Below are positions 9,090-19,083 of a stretch of DNA of 64,000 nt, piece after piece. The position numbers were made by a program, and so were the translations under genes. The DNA lies in contig JAQXAR010000027.1 of assembly GCA_029252805.1 (NCBI GenBank), positions 35,175 through 99,174 of the forward strand, given 5' to 3'. Every line of letters begins with the position of its first letter. Position 1 is the stretch's first letter. The stretch comes from Rickettsiales bacterium. Lineage in GTDB: Bacteria > Pseudomonadota > Alphaproteobacteria > Rickettsiales > JALZUV01. The notes beneath the pieces were generated by a model, which did no database searches, was not told where the DNA came from, and worked only from the letters and a program-made list of their open reading frames with translations.

Positions 9090-11084
9090 ATGGAATTACA
9101 ATTAGACGGCAAGAGCGGGGCAACCGCCGCCAAACAAGAGACTTACACCGCGGATGACATTGAAGTCCTCGAAGGATTAGAGCCGGTTCGCATGCGCCCC
9201 GGTATGTATATTGGCGGCTCAGATGAGAACGCCATGCACCATCTGGTGAATGAGGTTTTCGATAACTCAATGGATGAAGCCGTAGCCGGTCACGCCTCGC
9301 GTATTGAAATTAACTTACAGCCTAATAACGTCATTACGATCAGCGATAATGGTCGCGGAATTCCGATTGGCAAGCATCCTAAATTTCCAGATAAATCTGC
9401 GCTCGAAGTGATTTTAACCACCTTGCATTCTGGCGGTAAATTTTCCTCTAAAGCCTATGAGACTTCTGGCGGTTTGCATGGTGTTGGAATCTCGGTAGTC
9501 AATGCCTTGTCCGACCATTTAGAGGTCGAAGTCATCCGCGACAAGACCCTGCATACACAAAAATATAGCCGCGGCCATGCGAAAACGAAAATCGAAAAAG
9601 GCGGCACGATTGCCAATCGCAAAGGGACCTCGATCACCTTTCATCCAGATGAAGAAATTTTTGGCGATGCGGCGAAATTTCGCCCTGAAAAACTTTACCG
9701 TTTTGCACGCTCTAAAGCCTACCTTTTCCGCGGCGTCGAAATCCGCTGGACCTGCGATGAGTCACTTTTACAAGAAGGCAGCAAAGTTCCCGCGAAAGAT
9801 ACAATTCAATTCCCCAATGGCTTGGCTGATTTCCTCGAAGAGAAAATAGGAAAATCGCCTTTAGCCACGCCAAATGCTTTCACCGGCACAGCAGAGTTGG
9901 CAGATGGAATGGGACGCGTGGAATGGGCGATCACTTGGCCGGATACAGATGAAGGCTTTGGTCGCTCTTACTGTAACACCGTAAGCACTCCTGATGGCGG
10001 AACCCATGAGAGCGGAATGCGTGCTGCTCTGAGCAAGGGAATCAAAGCTTACGGCGAAATGGTAAATACTCGCAATCTCGCAAAAATTACGGCGGACGAT
10101 ATTTCAGGGTCTGCTTATATGTTGCTCTCGGTTTTCATCAAAGATCCTCAATTCCAAGGGCAAACCAAAGATAAGCTTGTGAGTGCGGGCGCCACCAAAT
10201 TGGTCGAAAATGCCATTCGCGATCCGTTTGATCACTGGCTCTCTGACGATGCCGCACAGGCGGGTAAATTAATGGAATTCATCCAAATGCGGATGGAACA
10301 TCGTATGAACCGTAAGAAACAAAAGGATACGGCGCGTAAAACCATCACCCAGCGCTTACGCCTGCCGGGCAAGCTTTCCGATTGCACCCGCAGCAACCGC
10401 GAAGGAACTGAAATATTTTTGGTTGAGGGTGACTCAGCTGGCGGTTCTGCCAAACAAGCGCGTAACCGCGAGACTCAAGCGATCTTACCGTTGCGTGGTA
10501 AAATCTTGAACGTGGCGTCTGCTACCGCCGAAAAGATTCGCGCCAATAACGAGATTTCCGACATGCTGCAAGCGCTCGGCGTCGGCACTGGGAAACATTA
10601 TCGCGAAGATGATCTACGTTACGATAAAGTCATCATCATGACCGATGCAGATGTGGATGGCGCGCATATCGCCGCGCTTCTGATGACTTTCTTCTATCAG
10701 GAATTGCCATGGCTGGTGCGCCAAGGGCACCTCTATCTTGCCCAACCTCCCTTATTTCGCGTCACGCATAAAGGCAAAACCTTCTACCCTGCAGATGAAG
10801 CCGCAAAAGATGCGATGGTGGCTGAACTAACCGCCAAAGGTGGAAAACTCGATGTGGGGCGTTTTAAAGGTCTCGGTGAGATGACCGCGCCGCAGCTAAA
10901 AGAAACCACCATGTTGCCGCAAAATCGACAACTTCTTCAGATCGAAATCGCCGAAGATGATGAAGATGCAACCGAAGAACGTGTCAACGACCTCATGGGC
11001 AAAAAGCCGGAACTTCGCTTCAAATTTATCACCGAACAAACCAGCTTGCACGGCGATAAACTGAAAGATGCACTGGACGTTTAG
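9090..11084 (+). CDS. parE: DNA topoisomerase IV subunit B
   Basis: 664 aa with GHKL ATPase motifs (GLHGVGISVVNALS) and Toprim motifs EGDSAGGSAKQ and IMTDADVDGAHI. The length fits ParE rather than the roughly 800-aa GyrB. Confidence 0.85.
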   Translation: MELQLDGKSGATAAKQETYTADDIEVLEGLEPVRMRPGMYIGGSDENAMHHLVNEVFDNSMDEAVAGHASRIEINLQPNNVITISDNGRGIPIGKHPKFPDKSALEVILTTLHSGGKFSSKAYETSGGLHGVGISVVNALSDHLEVEVIRDKTLHTQKYSRGHAKTKIEKGGTIANRKGTSITFHPDEEIFGDAAKFRPEKLYRFARSKAYLFRGVEIRWTCDESLLQEGSKVPAKDTIQFPNGLADFLEEKIGKSPLATPNAFTGTAELADGMGRVEWAITWPDTDEGFGRSYCNTVSTPDGGTHESGMRAALSKGIKAYGEMVNTRNLAKITADDISGSAYMLLSVFIKDPQFQGQTKDKLVSAGATKLVENAIRDPFDHWLSDDAAQAGKLMEFIQMRMEHRMNRKKQKDTARKTITQRLRLPGKLSDCTRSNREGTEIFLVEGDSAGGSAKQARNRETQAILPLRGKILNVASATAEKIRANNEISDMLQALGVGTGKHYREDDLRYDKVIIMTDADVDGAHIAALLMTFFYQELPWLVRQGHLYLAQPPLFRVTHKGKTFYPADEAAKDAMVAELTAKGGKLDVGRFKGLGEMTAPQLKETTMLPQNRQLLQIEIAEDDEDATEERVNDLMGKKPELRFKFITEQTSLHGDKLKDALDV

Positions 11085-11097
11085 TCCAGCCAGCACC

Positions 11098-12276
11098 ATG
11101 CATTATGATAGTATTATTGTTGGCGCCGGCGCGGCAGGGTTATTCTGCGCGATGGAAGCTGGCAAGCGCGGGCGCAAGATTTTACTCATTGATAAGTCGA
11201 AATCAGCCGGAGATAAAATTAGAATCTCAGGCGGCGGACGTTGTAACTTTACGAACATCCACACCACAGCTAACGACTATCTCTCGCAAAACCCTCATTT
11301 CTGCAAATCTGCACTGGGGCGCTATACACCCGCTGATTTTGTCGAACTGGTTGAGAAACACGGTATTGCCTATCACGAGAAAACCCTCGGTCAGCTCTTC
11401 TGTGATGGTTCTTCAAAAGAGATTATTCAAATGCTCTTAGATGAGTGTGAGGCAGCAAACGTCACGGTCCAATTGCAAACAGAAGTTAATAAAATTGAGA
11501 AATTGGAATCAGGGTTCTCAATCCAAACAAACCGTGATGAGACACTCACATGCGAGTCCCTTGTGATTGCTACGGGTGGCCCTTCCATTCCCAAAATGGG
11601 TGCGACTGATTGGGGCTACCGAATTGCCAAACAATTCAATTTAGCGGTCATTGAGCCCCGCGCAGCACTGGTGCCCTTTACGTTAGAGGAAAAACTACTC
11701 AACAAATTAAGGCCTCTCGCCGGTGTCTCCTTCAATGCGATCGCCAAAACCAATAACACCTCCTTTACAGAAGGTATGCTCTTCACGCATCGCGGATTAA
11801 GCGGCCCTTCTATTTTGCAAATCTCTTCTTATTGGAAAGATGACGACACGATTAGCCTCAACCTACTTCCGGAAGAAAACGTCCTAGAGTTGCTCAAAGA
11901 AAACCGCGACCAAAACCCCAAACAAGAGATTCAAACCTGTTTGCAGAATTTATTACCCAAACGCGTTGCTCACTATCTTTGCGAAGAATATGGTTACGCT
12001 GGAAAGCTTGCTGAGCAAGGCAATAAAGCACTGGAAGCGATCGCCAAACAAATTCAAGAGTGGAATATCACGCCGAATGGAACCGAAGGCTACCGCACAG
12101 CGGAGGTGGCCCTGGGCGGTGTCGATACGAATGAGATTTCCTCCAAAACCTTTGAGAGCAAGAAAGTCAGCGACTTATATTTCATCGGTGAGGTGGTCGA
12201 TGTCACTGGTCATTTAGGGGGCTTCAACTTCCAATGGGCATGGGCGAGCGGGTACGCCGCTGGGCAATATATTTAA
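11098..12276 (+). CDS. NAD(P)/FAD-dependent oxidoreductase, HI0933/YhiN (BaiN-like) family
   Basis: The preferred start is MHYDSIIVGAGAAGLFCA at 11098; the track ORF extends to 11068 inside parE. The C-terminal FIGEVVDVTGHLGGFNFQWAWASG is typical of the HI0933 family. Confidence 0.8.
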   Translation: MHYDSIIVGAGAAGLFCAMEAGKRGRKILLIDKSKSAGDKIRISGGGRCNFTNIHTTANDYLSQNPHFCKSALGRYTPADFVELVEKHGIAYHEKTLGQLFCDGSSKEIIQMLLDECEAANVTVQLQTEVNKIEKLESGFSIQTNRDETLTCESLVIATGGPSIPKMGATDWGYRIAKQFNLAVIEPRAALVPFTLEEKLLNKLRPLAGVSFNAIAKTNNTSFTEGMLFTHRGLSGPSILQISSYWKDDDTISLNLLPEENVLELLKENRDQNPKQEIQTCLQNLLPKRVAHYLCEEYGYAGKLAEQGNKALEAIAKQIQEWNITPNGTEGYRTAEVALGGVDTNEISSKTFESKKVSDLYFIGEVVDVTGHLGGFNFQWAWASGYAAGQYI

Positions 12277-13214
12277 ACGCTGAGCTTATCGCACAAGAAT
12301 AACAACGCCTCTGAGCAATCAAGCGTGTTGTCTGTTTCGGGGCACATAACCGCGTAACCTGAATCAGGAGATTCCGCCTCTATATTCGCTCCATTACAGG
12401 CAAGCACTTGTCCTTTTTTAACAAACTCGAACGCTTCGATCACTTTGCGTAAACGTAACTCATCGCAATTCTGCGGCAAGAAAACCGCTTGCTTACATTG
12501 ATAATAAGCAATCTCTTTGGTCCGATCTGAAGGTTGAAAGTCCTCAACCAATCCCATGCAATGCAAGAATGCGAGAGAAACATCGATCGCCCGCTGTGAA
12601 GCTTCTAAACATTCATGCTGCCCGCACTCTGCAAGAATTTTCACCTTTGCTTGTTCCGCATATTCGATCAAAAACTTACCACTAATATGTTTGTGAATAT
12701 CGGCAATCACATTTTCAAATGGAAAGACCGCATCCCTCACCAATTCAGCACTGGTTTCATCCACACATAAAAGCATGGGAGGCGCATCTGATGAGGTCGA
12801 GTGCAAATCGAGCACTCCATCTACTTGCTGTAAAATAGGGAGTAATTCGGCGGCGCGCTGAAACTCATAGACCTGACTCCCTGCGAGTTCATCTAGCTCT
12901 GGCAGACGATTAAGATTCTTATCAATATAGCGCGAGTCTTCTTTGGCATCCGAGCAACCAGCATTGAAATAACATTCAGCCGCTTTCGGGTTCGCAACGA
13001 CAAAATAAATTTTTCCTCGGAGTAGAGTCAAATCGGATAATAAATACTGAAATGCCGCCAGCCCAACGGGTTCATTACCATGCGTGCAGGCAAGGAGTGC
13101 CGCCGATGGCCCTGACACACCGGAATCAACTTCGACCACATAGGAAACTCCATGCGTTCGCGCATTTGCAATCGTATGCAGGGTCGATTTTAAGGGAGCA
13201 ATATGATCAGCCAT
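12273..13214 (-). CDS. succinylglutamate desuccinylase/aspartoacylase (AstE/AspA, M14-like) family protein
   Basis: 313 aa with zinc-site motif CTHGNEPVG and a later LDLHSTSS. Confidence 0.7.
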   Translation of the reverse strand: MADHIAPLKSTLHTIANARTHGVSYVVEVDSGVSGPSAALLACTHGNEPVGLAAFQYLLSDLTLLRGKIYFVVANPKAAECYFNAGCSDAKEDSRYIDKNLNRLPELDELAGSQVYEFQRAAELLPILQQVDGVLDLHSTSSDAPPMLLCVDETSAELVRDAVFPFENVIADIHKHISGKFLIEYAEQAKVKILAECGQHECLEASQRAIDVSLAFLHCMGLVEDFQPSDRTKEIAYYQCKQAVFLPQNCDELRLRKVIEAFEFVKKGQVLACNGANIEAESPDSGYAVMCPETDNTLDCSEALLFLCDKLSV

Positions 13215-14360
13215 TTACGCAAAGTAGCGTGTTATGACCTGTTCGTAAATATCTGTAAGCTGCACGAGGGTCTCAAGCGATACATTTTCATCCACATGAT
13301 GTGCTCTTCGGCCTGTCGTACCAAACTCAACGACAGGACAATAGTCTTTGATAAAGCGCGCATCGGAGGTTCCACCGGTCGTCGAAAGTTCCAACTCACG
13401 CCCCGTAATTTTCTGGCTCACCTCTTGCAAAATACCCGTCAGACGGTTGGGGGCACTGTGAAATGCTTCGCCGGTCACCGTCATCTCTAAATCAAACTTC
13501 TCAGCTTCATCTTCACAAATCGTACGTATCCATTTTTGAATTTCCACGTAAGGGCGGCTATCATTAAAGCGTACATTAAAGCGTGCGGAAGCGTGCGCGG
13601 GAATCACGTTAAAAGCGGGATTTCCAATATCAACAGATGAAACTTCTAAATTACTTGGCTGGAAATAATCGGTTCCCTCGTCAATCGCCTCCGCTTTGAA
13701 ACGGTGCAGAATGCGCACAAGCTTCGTAATGGGGTTATCCGCCAATTGTGGGTAAGCGGCATGTCCTTGCGTACCTTTGACCATCAGTTCGCAATTCATG
13801 CTACCTCGACGACCAATCTTCGCCATCTCGCCTAAATGATGCGGATTAGTCGGCTCACCGACGAGGCAAATATCAATCCTCTCGCCCTTCTCTTCCATCC
13901 ATTGCAGCATTTTCTTAGTGCCGTTAATGGCAGGCCCTTCTTCATCCATCGTGATGAGAAAGCTAAGTGAGCCACCAAATTTGCCTTGGTTAGTTTCAAC
14001 GAAACGAGAAACTGCCGCAACGAAGCAAGCAATCGCGCCCTTCATATCCTCGGTACCACGCCCGTAAAGATACTGATCGCGAATTTCACCGACATAAGGA
14101 TCGACGCTCCAAGCGGCACTATCGCCGATCGGCACTACATCTAAATGCCCAGCATAACAAAGATTAGGCTCCGCATCGCCTAAACGCGCATAGAGGTTCT
14201 CAACCGATTCCGTATTTTCATCATGAAACGTCTCACGCCAAACCTTAAAGCCTAGCGACTCTAACGCCTCTTGTAGCACCGTCATTACACCTGCTTCTTG
14301 CGGCGTGGTTGAGGGACAACGAATTAAATCCTGTGCAAAGGAAACCGGATCAATCGACAT
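13215..14360 (-). CDS. dapE: succinyl-diaminopimelate desuccinylase
   Basis: 381 aa M20 peptidase with GHLDVVP, GRGTEDMKG and ITMDEEG. Confidence 0.9.
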   Translation of the reverse strand: MSIDPVSFAQDLIRCPSTTPQEAGVMTVLQEALESLGFKVWRETFHDENTESVENLYARLGDAEPNLCYAGHLDVVPIGDSAAWSVDPYVGEIRDQYLYGRGTEDMKGAIACFVAAVSRFVETNQGKFGGSLSFLITMDEEGPAINGTKKMLQWMEEKGERIDICLVGEPTNPHHLGEMAKIGRRGSMNCELMVKGTQGHAAYPQLADNPITKLVRILHRFKAEAIDEGTDYFQPSNLEVSSVDIGNPAFNVIPAHASARFNVRFNDSRPYVEIQKWIRTICEDEAEKFDLEMTVTGEAFHSAPNRLTGILQEVSQKITGRELELSTTGGTSDARFIKDYCPVVEFGTTGRRAHHVDENVSLETLVQLTDIYEQVITRYFA

Positions 14361-14631
14361 GCGAAGCTTCAGGCTTTTTGCTGTAAAGGACTTTCATCGT
14401 CAAAATCGAAATGATCATCAACAAGCTAATACTGTTACATAGCATCAACGGGATATCTGATTTGAGGATTCCATAAAACAACCACAATGCAACACCGGTT
14501 GCTAACGCGCAGTACATCCCCAATGAGATTCCTGTTACATCCTTAGAGCGATAAGTGTGCAGCACCTGCGGAATATAACAAACCGTGATAGCAAGCGTTC
14601 CGAGATAACCGATAATTTGGGCAAGTTCCAT
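14350..14631 (-). CDS. SemiSWEET / PQ-loop small transporter
   Basis: 93 aa with three predicted TM helices and a PQ motif in TM1 (VCYIPQVLHTYRSKDVTGIS). It overlaps the dapE start by 11 nt. Confidence 0.7.
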   Translation of the reverse strand: MELAQIIGYLGTLAITVCYIPQVLHTYRSKDVTGISLGMYCALATGVALWLFYGILKSDIPLMLCNSISLLMIISILTMKVLYSKKPEASHVD

Positions 14632-14644
14632 TTAGATTCTTCTT

Positions 14645-17600
14645 TTATTGTGTGATTGTTTTCCGCTCTTTTCTCGCAAAAAAACGTTCTCCGAGCAAGA
14701 GCAAACACGGGGTGAATAATAGGGTAAGGAAAGTCGCAAAGGCTAAGCCTCCTGCAATGGAAGTAGAAAGTTGTTTCCACCATTGCGTTGAGGGCGCGCC
14801 GAAACTTACATCACGCCCAAGAAAATCGATATTCATCGCAAATACCATCGGCACCAGCCCAAGCATGGTCGTAATAGCCGTTAGCAAAATTGGCCGCAAA
14901 CGTTGAGCACCGGTGCGAAGCAATGCTTCATGTGGCTCCATATTTTGTTTGCGATACAGTACGAAAGTATCAATGAAGATGATGTTATTATTCACAACCA
15001 CACCAGCAAGCGCAATAATCGCCACCCCACACATAACAATGCCAAAAGGCTCATTGGCAATAAGCAGCCCCAGCATGACACCACCGGTCGAGAAAAAGAC
15101 CGCGCTCATAATCACGATCATGTGATAGATACTGTTAAACTGCGTCACCATAACCAGCGCCATCATAAAGAGTGCAATAATAAAGGCAGCTGCCAGGAAG
15201 GTTCCTGCTTCTTTTTGCTCTTCATCTTCACCCCGGAAACGAATTTCCAAATCCGCACTCGGGGAATTCTGTGCGATCCATTCTTTAATCTCTTTTACTT
15301 TCGCATCCGCCAGCACGCCTTCTTTCAGGTCGGACTTAATGCTCATCATCTGCTTTCCATCAACACGATTAATCGTCGTGATTTTCTGATTCGCTTTGCG
15401 GGACACGATATTTGAAATCGGAATACTGCGCCCGTCCGTCGTATTAAGTCGCAACTGATCCAATTGTGATAGGCTGCGATACTTTTCAGGAAAACGCAGC
15501 AAAATATCGACTTCATCATCCGCATCATCCGGACGATACGTCGTCACAATGATACCGTTCGTCACCATTTTCACGAAGTTACCGATGGTCAAAATATCCA
15601 AGCCGTAGCGCCCGGCCAATTCTCTATCAACGGTCAGCTCCCATTCAATTTCAGGAATCGGGCGATCATCTTCTCGGTCTTTAAAGCCGTCCATCTTATC
15701 CATCGCGGCAATGAGACGCGAGGTATAAGGCTCAATTAATGCAGGGAAACGACTCGCCACTTCAACTTGCACCGGCTTACCGGTTGGCGGACCCTCTTGT
15801 TTCTTTTGCGTTTCGACAATCACGCCCTTTACGCCAGCCGTCCGGCGCTTAGCATCTGCCAAAATTTCATCCGCTTTACGGCGATCACGCCAATTCACAA
15901 ATTCCAGCTGAATTTCACCAATCGTATCTTCCGTACGGTTACGCTTATCTTCGCCGAGCTTACCCGCTGTCGTGTAGAAAATACGGACTTCATCTTTCAT
16001 TTCAAGCAGTGCCGCTTCGACTTCTTTCACGCGCGTCACTTTCTCAGTCACAGACATATTCCCACGCGCACGTACCAGAAGCTTCGCATTATCCGGTTCA
16101 ATTTTTGGGAAGAACTCAACGCCTGCGCCGAACTGTATAAAGGCAGTGATAATAACACTCACCCCGATTAGCGTCGCGAATACGAGGTAGAGTGGACGCT
16201 TCAGGAAGGTTCGTAAGAGATCAACATAACCTTTCGTGAAGCCTCCTACTTCGCTCCAATGTCCCTGCTCTGCGGCCATAATACGCTTCGCTTGCACCGG
16301 ATCAATTTTCCCCGGCAACCGCAATTTTGCGCCTAACGTGGGCAAAAACACTAACGCCATCAGCAGCGATCCGGTCAGCGTAAACATAAGAGTAATCGGC
16401 ATATAGCGCATAAATTGCCCGACAATACCCGGCCAGAAAAGCAACGGTGCAAACACAATAAGAGTCGTGACCGTTGAGGCAATGACCGGCCATGCCATCC
16501 GCTTCGCACCCATCGGATAGGCTTGCTCAACAGGCACACCTTCCATCATTTTACGGTCCGCATATTCACTCACCACAATTCCGGCATCGACCAGCAGACC
16601 AACCGAAAGAATCAAGCTAAATAGCACCACAACATTCAACGTAAAGCCGCCCAAATGCAGGCATAAAACTCCGAATAAGAACGCTCCCGGAATCGTCACG
16701 GCGACCAAAATAGAGTTACGAATCCCCATCACAGCCAGAATCACAATCACCACCAACAGCACAGCAAAAATAATATTATTTTGCAGATCAGACAGCATCT
16801 CATAAATCTTATTCGATTCATCTTGGCTGAAAGTCACATTCACCCCTGCTGGCCAGCTTGTGCGTTCGAGCGCCACCAAGTCACGCACCTGCTGTACAGT
16901 TTCTATGATATTAGCGCCACTACGTTTCGAGACGCCCAAAGCAACCGAAGGCTTACCATTCATACTCGCTTCATTTTGCACATCTTTAAAACTACGGCGA
17001 ATATCGGCAATATCATCCAACGTAATCACCGCATTGCCCTTCACGCGAATCGGCAGGTTCTGCAAATCTTGCATTGTCTCAATCACGCCCGGCAATTTAA
17101 TCGCAAAATTACTGCCGCTTGTATCAAGCTCGCCGGCGGGCACGAGAATGTTATTATTGCGAAGCAGCGAGAACGCTTCTTGTGTCGTCAGCCCATACCC
17201 CTGAAGCAAAAGCGGATCGATGATAATCTCCAACGCCTCTTCACGGTCACCAGAAATCTTGGCTTCCAGCACTTCGCTGATCGACTCAATTTTATCCTGT
17301 AAATCACGCGCTAGTTTAATGAGCGTTCGGCGGGACACATCACCGCCTAAAATCACATTCAACACAGGGAAACGACTAAAATTCACCTCCTGTACGACCG
17401 GTTCATCGGTTTCTTCCGGCAATTCCGGTTTCACCTCATCTACCTTATTACGCACATCTTCCAACGCTTTGTCAGAATCAAAACCCGCATCAAATTCTAA
17501 GACGACAGAAGCGACTCCTTCGCTAGCATGCCCTTCTAGACGCTTCAAACCCTCAATAGATTGTAGTTCCTTCTCCATTGGACGCAGCAAGAGGCGTTCA

Positions 17601-17782
17601 CCATCTTGCGGCGAAATACCTTCATGGCGTAGGGAGATATAAATGATAGGAATCTGCACATCCGGCGACGATTCCTTAGGTACATTTTGATAGCTCAAGC
17701 TACCTGCGAACAGGATAAAAGCAAGGAGCAGAAATACCGTGCGATGGCGTTCAACCGCTGCATCAATAAAACGAGCAATCAT
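14645..17782 (-). CDS. RND efflux transporter, inner-membrane permease (AcrB/HAE family)
   Basis: 1045 aa with a 12-TM architecture and two large periplasmic loops, typical of RND. It overlaps the adaptor gene by 4 nt. Confidence 0.9.
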   Translation of the reverse strand: MIARFIDAAVERHRTVFLLLAFILFAGSLSYQNVPKESSPDVQIPIIYISLRHEGISPQDGERLLLRPMEKELQSIEGLKRLEGHASEGVASVVLEFDAGFDSDKALEDVRNKVDEVKPELPEETDEPVVQEVNFSRFPVLNVILGGDVSRRTLIKLARDLQDKIESISEVLEAKISGDREEALEIIIDPLLLQGYGLTTQEAFSLLRNNNILVPAGELDTSGSNFAIKLPGVIETMQDLQNLPIRVKGNAVITLDDIADIRRSFKDVQNEASMNGKPSVALGVSKRSGANIIETVQQVRDLVALERTSWPAGVNVTFSQDESNKIYEMLSDLQNNIIFAVLLVVIVILAVMGIRNSILVAVTIPGAFLFGVLCLHLGGFTLNVVVLFSLILSVGLLVDAGIVVSEYADRKMMEGVPVEQAYPMGAKRMAWPVIASTVTTLIVFAPLLFWPGIVGQFMRYMPITLMFTLTGSLLMALVFLPTLGAKLRLPGKIDPVQAKRIMAAEQGHWSEVGGFTKGYVDLLRTFLKRPLYLVFATLIGVSVIITAFIQFGAGVEFFPKIEPDNAKLLVRARGNMSVTEKVTRVKEVEAALLEMKDEVRIFYTTAGKLGEDKRNRTEDTIGEIQLEFVNWRDRRKADEILADAKRRTAGVKGVIVETQKKQEGPPTGKPVQVEVASRFPALIEPYTSRLIAAMDKMDGFKDREDDRPIPEIEWELTVDRELAGRYGLDILTIGNFVKMVTNGIIVTTYRPDDADDEVDILLRFPEKYRSLSQLDQLRLNTTDGRSIPISNIVSRKANQKITTINRVDGKQMMSIKSDLKEGVLADAKVKEIKEWIAQNSPSADLEIRFRGEDEEQKEAGTFLAAAFIIALFMMALVMVTQFNSIYHMIVIMSAVFFSTGGVMLGLLIANEPFGIVMCGVAIIALAGVVVNNNIIFIDTFVLYRKQNMEPHEALLRTGAQRLRPILLTAITTMLGLVPMVFAMNIDFLGRDVSFGAPSTQWWKQLSTSIAGGLAFATFLTLLFTPCLLLLGERFFARKERKTITQ

Positions 17783-18969
17783 CCTTCGGCTTCAAGCGTT
17801 GGTTCAGCCGATTCAGGCGTGATGGTTTCCGCACCTTCCGGAACACTCTCTTGAACATCAATCACCTGTCCTTCGGATACAAACGCCACTCCATCCGTGA
17901 CCAAGCGCACTTCCTCGGGCAGCCCGGCAATCCAAACCCCGTTAGGTGATTGCGAAACGACTTCAACTGGCTCAAATTTTACGATATTGTCTTCGGTAAT
18001 ACGCTTTACACCCACCGCTCCCATATCATTCAACGACAGTACAGAGGAGGGAACTTCGTAAGCCGATTGCTCATCCGATTGCAGTGAGATTTCAGCGCTC
18101 ACACCGGCTTGCAATTTTCCATCCTCATTCGGAATTTCAATTTCAACACGGAACGTACGCGTATCTTCATCTGCTACGGAGGCGACAAAACTAATCTTAC
18201 CCGTCACCTCATCACTCGAACTAAAACGGATATGCGCCAAATCCCCTTTGGTTACTTTGGCACGCTCAACTTCAGAAATTTGACCGATAATGTTAAGCGG
18301 TGACATATCCACAAAACGCATCACCGTTTGTGTATTGAAACCTTTACCCACCAAGTCGCCTTCTTCCGCCAACACTTCTTCAATCAACCCTGTATAGGGC
18401 GCACGGATAGTGGTATAGCTTAAATCAAGATTCGCTAGCTTTAACTGGCTATGCGCCGAAGCAACCGCTGCCTCTGCTTGTGCTAATCGCACCTTACTTT
18501 GGAAGCCTTTTTCATATAATTTTTGCGCCGCATTCAGCTCTACTTTACGCTGCTTCAATACCGCATTGGCTTCCGTCACTTTATTACGGTGATCACGCAC
18601 ATCAAGGAGCATCAAGGTGCCGCCCTTTTCGACTAACGCGCCCTCTTTATGCAGAATCTTAGTAACCTTACCCTCGGTCTCCGCTTCGATAAGCGTAATA
18701 CGTTCAGGTTCCGTTACCCCATTCAGGGTAATTGAACGGGCACGCTTTTGCGCCTGCAACGTTTCAATCTTAATCGGCAAATCCGCCGTATTAATAGGCT
18801 TCGCAGCCGCTTTGGTAGCATTCTCCACACCTTCAGTAGACGCTCGGTCTGATGGAATAATCACACCGGAAAGAACCCACACACCAATCACAACAGCAAT
18901 GATCAATGCAAGCGCTTTGGGGTTCTGCCAAAAAGGAATATTTTGCTTGGAACTATAGGGAGTATTCAT
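17779..18969 (-). CDS. RND efflux periplasmic adaptor (MFP/HlyD family)
   Basis: 396 aa with an N-terminal TM anchor, a coiled-coil hairpin (AVLKQRKVELNAAQKLYEKG...AQAEAAVASAHSQL), and TTIRAPYTGLI. Confidence 0.85.
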   Translation of the reverse strand: MNTPYSSKQNIPFWQNPKALALIIAVVIGVWVLSGVIIPSDRASTEGVENATKAAAKPINTADLPIKIETLQAQKRARSITLNGVTEPERITLIEAETEGKVTKILHKEGALVEKGGTLMLLDVRDHRNKVTEANAVLKQRKVELNAAQKLYEKGFQSKVRLAQAEAAVASAHSQLKLANLDLSYTTIRAPYTGLIEEVLAEEGDLVGKGFNTQTVMRFVDMSPLNIIGQISEVERAKVTKGDLAHIRFSSSDEVTGKISFVASVADEDTRTFRVEIEIPNEDGKLQAGVSAEISLQSDEQSAYEVPSSVLSLNDMGAVGVKRITEDNIVKFEPVEVVSQSPNGVWIAGLPEEVRLVTDGVAFVSEGQVIDVQESVPEGAETITPESAEPTLEAEG

Positions 18970-19083
18970 GCGTCTTTCTTACCGCGACAATGCCGCTTGT
19001 GCCAGAAGTTTATATGCCAGTCATTGACCCTGCTTAAGTAATCAGTAGACTGCACCTCGTTCAAGTTACAAAAGTTTAATCAC

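Noticed and set aside
14903-17642. Several 110-173-aa + strand ORFs antisense to the RND permease
   Set aside because: They are embedded in a 1045-aa gene with unmistakable RND architecture, and their translations are His/Arg/Ile-rich nonsense.
18990-19037. 15-codon uORF (MPLVPEVYMPVIDPA) upstream of hisZ as a possible leader peptide
   Set aside because: It has no His codons, no SD and no alternative terminator/antiterminator structures that I could see, so it is probably fortuitous.
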